Shown in pieces: positions 59,801 through 64,000 of a DNA stretch of 64,000 nucleotides. The DNA comes from Eledone cirrhosa (taxonomy: Eukaryota), in contig OZ024742.1 in NCBI GenBank assembly GCA_964016885.1, positions 202,120,001 to 202,184,000 of the forward strand. The letters are read 5' to 3'. Made by a program: the position numbers and the translations under genes. Position 1 is the stretch's first letter, and the number at the start of each line of letters is the position of its first letter. A model generated the notes under the pieces. The model was not told where the DNA came from, did no database searches, and saw only the letters and a list, made by a program, of their open reading frames with translations.

Positions 59801-62800
59801 CCTATCACCACACTTCACACAGTCTACCTATCACCACACTTCACACAGTCTACCTATGACCACACTTCACACAGTCTACCTATCACCACACTTCACACAG
59901 TGTACCTATGACCACAATTCACACAGTCTACCTATCACCACACTTCACACAGTCTACCTATGACCACACTTAACACAGTCTACCTTTGACCACACTTCAC
60001 ACAGTCTACCTATGACCACACTTCACACAGTTTACCTATGACCACACTTCACACAGTGTACCTATGACCACACTTCACACAGTCTACCTATGACCACACT
60101 TCACACAGTGTACCTATGACCACACTTCACACAGTCTACCTAAGACCACACTTCACACAGTGTTCCTATGCCTACACTTCACACAGTGTACCTAAGACCA
60201 CACATCACACAGTGTACCTATGACCACACTTCACACAGTGTACCTAAGACCACACTTCACATAGTGTACCTAAGACCACACTTCACACAGTCTACCTATG
60301 ACCACACTTAACACAGTCTACCTATGACCACACTTCACACAGTCTAGCTATGACCACACTTCACACAGTCTACCTATGACCACACTTCACACAGTGTACC
60401 TATGACTACACTTCACACAGTCTACCTATGACCACACTTCACACAGTGTACCTAAGACCACACTTCACACAGTGTACCTATGACCACACTTAACACAGTC
60501 TACCTATGACCACACTTCACACCGTCTACCTAAGACCACACTTCACACAGTGTTCCTATGACTACACTTCACACAGTGTTCCTATGACTACACTTCACAC
60601 AGTCTACCTATTACCACACTTCACACAGTCTACCTATCACCACACTTCACACAGTCTACCTATGACCACACTTCACACGGTCTACCTATCACCACACTTC
60701 ACACAGTCTACCTATCACCACACTTCACACAGTCTACCTATCATCACACTTCACACAGTCTACCTATCACCACACTTCACACAGTTTACCTATGACCACA
60801 CTTCACACAGTGTACCTATGACCACACTTCACACAGTCTACCTATGACCACACTTCACACAGTGTACCTATGACCACACTTCACACAGTCTACCTAAGAC
60901 CACACTTCACACAGTGTTCCTATGACTACACTTCACACAGTGTTCCTATGACTACACTTCACACAGTCTACCTATCACCACACTTCACACAGTCTACCTA
61001 TCACCACACTTCACACAGTCTACCTATGACCACACTTCACACAGTCTACCTATGACCACACTTCACACAGTCTACCTATGACCACACTTCACACAGTCTA
61101 CCTATCACCACACTTCACACAGTGTACCTATCACCACACTTCACACAGTGTACCTATGACCACACTTCACACAGTCTACCTATGACCACACATCACACAG
61201 TGTACCTATGACCACACTTCACACAGTCTACCTAAGACCACACTTCACACAGTGTTCCTATGACTACACTTCACACAGTGTTCCTATGACTACACTTCAC
61301 ACAGTCTACCTATCACCACACTTCACACAGTCTACCTATCACCGCACTTCACGCAGTCTACCTATGACCACACTTCACACAGTCTACCTATGACCACACT
61401 TCACACAGTCTACCTATGACTACACTTCACACAGTCTACCTATCACCACACTTCACACAGTCTACCTATCACCACACTTCACACAGTCTACCTATCACCA
61501 CACTTCACACAGTCTACCTATCATCACACTTCACACAGTCTACCTATGACCACACTTCACACAGTTTACCTATGACCACACTTCACACAGTGTACCTATG
61601 ACCACACTTCACACAGTCTACCTATGACCACACTTCACACAGTGTACCTATGACCACACTTCACACAGTCTACCTAAGACCACACTTCACACAGTGTTCC
61701 TATGACTACACTTCACACAGTGTACCTAAGACCACACATCACACAGTGTACCTATGACCACACTTCACACAGCGTACCTAAGACCACACTTCACATAGTG
61801 TACCTAAGACCACACTTCACACAGTCTACCTATGACCACACTTAACACAGTCTACCTATGACCACACTTCACACAGTCTAGCTATGACCACACTTCACAC
61901 AGTCTACCTATGACCACACTTCACACAGTGTACCTATGACTACACTTCACACAGTCTACCTATGACCACACTTCACACAGTGTACCTAAGACCACACTTC
62001 ACACAGTCTACCTATGACCACACTTAACACAGTCTACCTATGACCACACTTCACACCGTCTACCTAAGACCACACTTCACACAGTGTTCCTATGACTACA
62101 CTTCACACAGTGTTGCTATGACTACACTTCACACAGTCTACCTATTACCACACTTCACACAGTCTACCTATCACCACACTTCACACAGTCTACCTATGAC
62201 CACACTTCACACGGTCTACCTATCACCACACTTCACACAGTCTACCTATCACCACACTTCACACAGTCTACCTATCATCACACTTCACACAGTCTACCTA
62301 TCACCACACTTCACACAGTTTACCTATGACCACACTTCACACAGTGTACCTATGACCACACTTCACACAGTCTACCTATGACCACACTTCACACAGTGTA
62401 CCTATGACCACACTTCACACAGTCTACCTAAGACCACACTTCACACAGTGTTCCTATGACTACACTTCACACAGTGTTCCTATGACTACACTTCACACAG
62501 TCTACCTATCACCACACTTCACACAGTCTACCTATCACCACACTTCACACAGTCTACCTATGACCACACTTCACACAGTCTACCTATGACCACACTTCAC
62601 ACAGTCTACCTATGACCACACTTCACACAGTCTACCTATCACCACACTTCACACAGTGTACCTATCACCACACTTCACACAGTGTACCTATGACCACACT
62701 TCACACAGTCTACCTATGACCACACTTCACACAGTGTACCTATGACCACACTTCACACAGTCTACCTAAGACCACACTTCACACAGTGTTCCTATGACTA

Positions 62801-63926
62801 CACTTTACACAGTGTTCCTATGACTACACTTCACACAGTCTACCTATCACCACACTTCACACAGTCTACCTATCACCACACTTCACGCAGTCTACCTATG
62901 ACCACACTTCACACAGTCTGCCTATGACCACACTTCACACAGTCTACCTATGACTACACTTCATACAGTCTACCTATCACCACACTTCACACAGTCTACC
63001 TATCACCACACTTCACACAGTCTACCTATCACCACACTTCACACAGTCTATCTATCATCACACTTCACACAGTCTACCTATGACCACACTTCACACAGTT
63101 TACCTATGACCACACTTCACACAGTGTACCTATGACCACACTTCACACAGTCTACCTATGACCACACTTCACACAGTGTACCTATGACCACACTTCACAC
63201 AGTCTACCTAAGACCACACTTCACACAGTGTTCCTATGACTACACTTCACACAGTGTACCTAAGACCACACATCACACAGTGTACCTATGACCACACTTC
63301 ACACAGTGTACCCAAGACCACACTTCACATAGTGTACCTAAGACCACACTTTACACAGTCTACCTATGACCACACTTAACACAGTCTACCTATGACCACA
63401 CTTCACACAGTCTAGCTATGACCACACTTCACACAGTCTACCTATGACCACACTTCACACAGTGTACCTATGACTACACTTCACACAGTCTACCTATGAC
63501 CACACTTCACACAGTGTACCTAAGACCACACTTCACACAGTCTACCTATGACCACACTTAACACAGTCTACCTATGACCACACTTCACACCGTCTACCTA
63601 AGACCACACTTCACACAGTGTTCCTATGACTACACTTCACACAGTGTTCCTATGACTACACTTCACACAGTCTACCTATCACCACACTTCACACAGTCTA
63701 CCTATCACCACACTTCACACAGTCTACCTATGACCACACTTCACACAGTCTACCTATCACCACACTTCACACAGTCTACCTATCACCACACTTCACACAG
63801 TCTACCTATCACCACACTTCACACAGTCTACCTATCATCACACTTCACACAGTCTACCTATCACCACACTTCACACAGTCTACCTATCACCACACTTCAC
63901 ACAGTGTACCTATGACCACACTTCAC
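29826..63926. repeat. 26-bp satellite DNA array, ~34.1 kb, ~1,310 monomers
   Basis: Consensus CTATGACCACACTTCACACAGTCTAC, head-to-tail, single orientation, no interrupting insertion seen. Confidence 0.99.
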
Positions 63927-64000
63927 GATGTATTACAACTATATTTCCTAGTGTACATAGTACCACATTTTACAACGTACTTAAGACTACATTCAACACT
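63912..64000. repeat. degenerate ~24-bp tandem repeat, right flank of satellite
   Basis: acaactatatttcctagtgtacat, agtaccacattttacaacgtactt, aagactacattcaacact... Confidence 0.75.

Noticed and set aside
30008-63915. Many MTTLHTVYL... ORFs suggesting a giant His/Thr-rich repeat protein (or one rescued by A-to-I editing of UGA)
   Set aside because: 26 is not a multiple of 3. The consensus has a TGA every 78 bp, and TAA variants add more stops. ORFs arise only where TATC/TAAG variants happen to fall in frame, and these variants occur in all frames.
29826-63926. CRISPR array or telomeric repeat
   Set aside because: No unique spacers and no cas genes in a eukaryotic context; no TTAGGG-type unit; the array is bounded by non-array DNA on both sides.

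Overview
Animal genomic DNA, very likely an octopus or other coleoid cephalopod. This is inferred from the extreme (TA)n/(GA)n/(CA)n/(AAT)n density and the SINE family present. No host protein-coding gene can be supported. Bases 1 to ~29.5 kb are a retroelement graveyard built on microsatellites. It holds three R4/Dong-type non-LTR copies (restriction-like endonuclease) sitting in (AAT)n, a Penelope-like element (RT + GIY-YIG) with inverted terminal repeats, CR1 and RTE remnants, and about a dozen tRNA-derived SINEs. It also holds several short, often palindromic, microsatellite-embedded elements that carry minimal type I hammerhead ribozyme folds. Bases ~29.83-63.93 kb are a complete 26-bp satellite array (consensus CTATGACCACACTTCACACAGTCTAC, ~1,310 monomers). 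The array keeps its phase at every position checked, has layered higher-order duplications, and is flanked on BOTH sides by degenerate 24-bp monomers, which apparently records its origin from an older 24-bp repeat. Nearly all other ORFs in the track are microsatellite or satellite artefacts.
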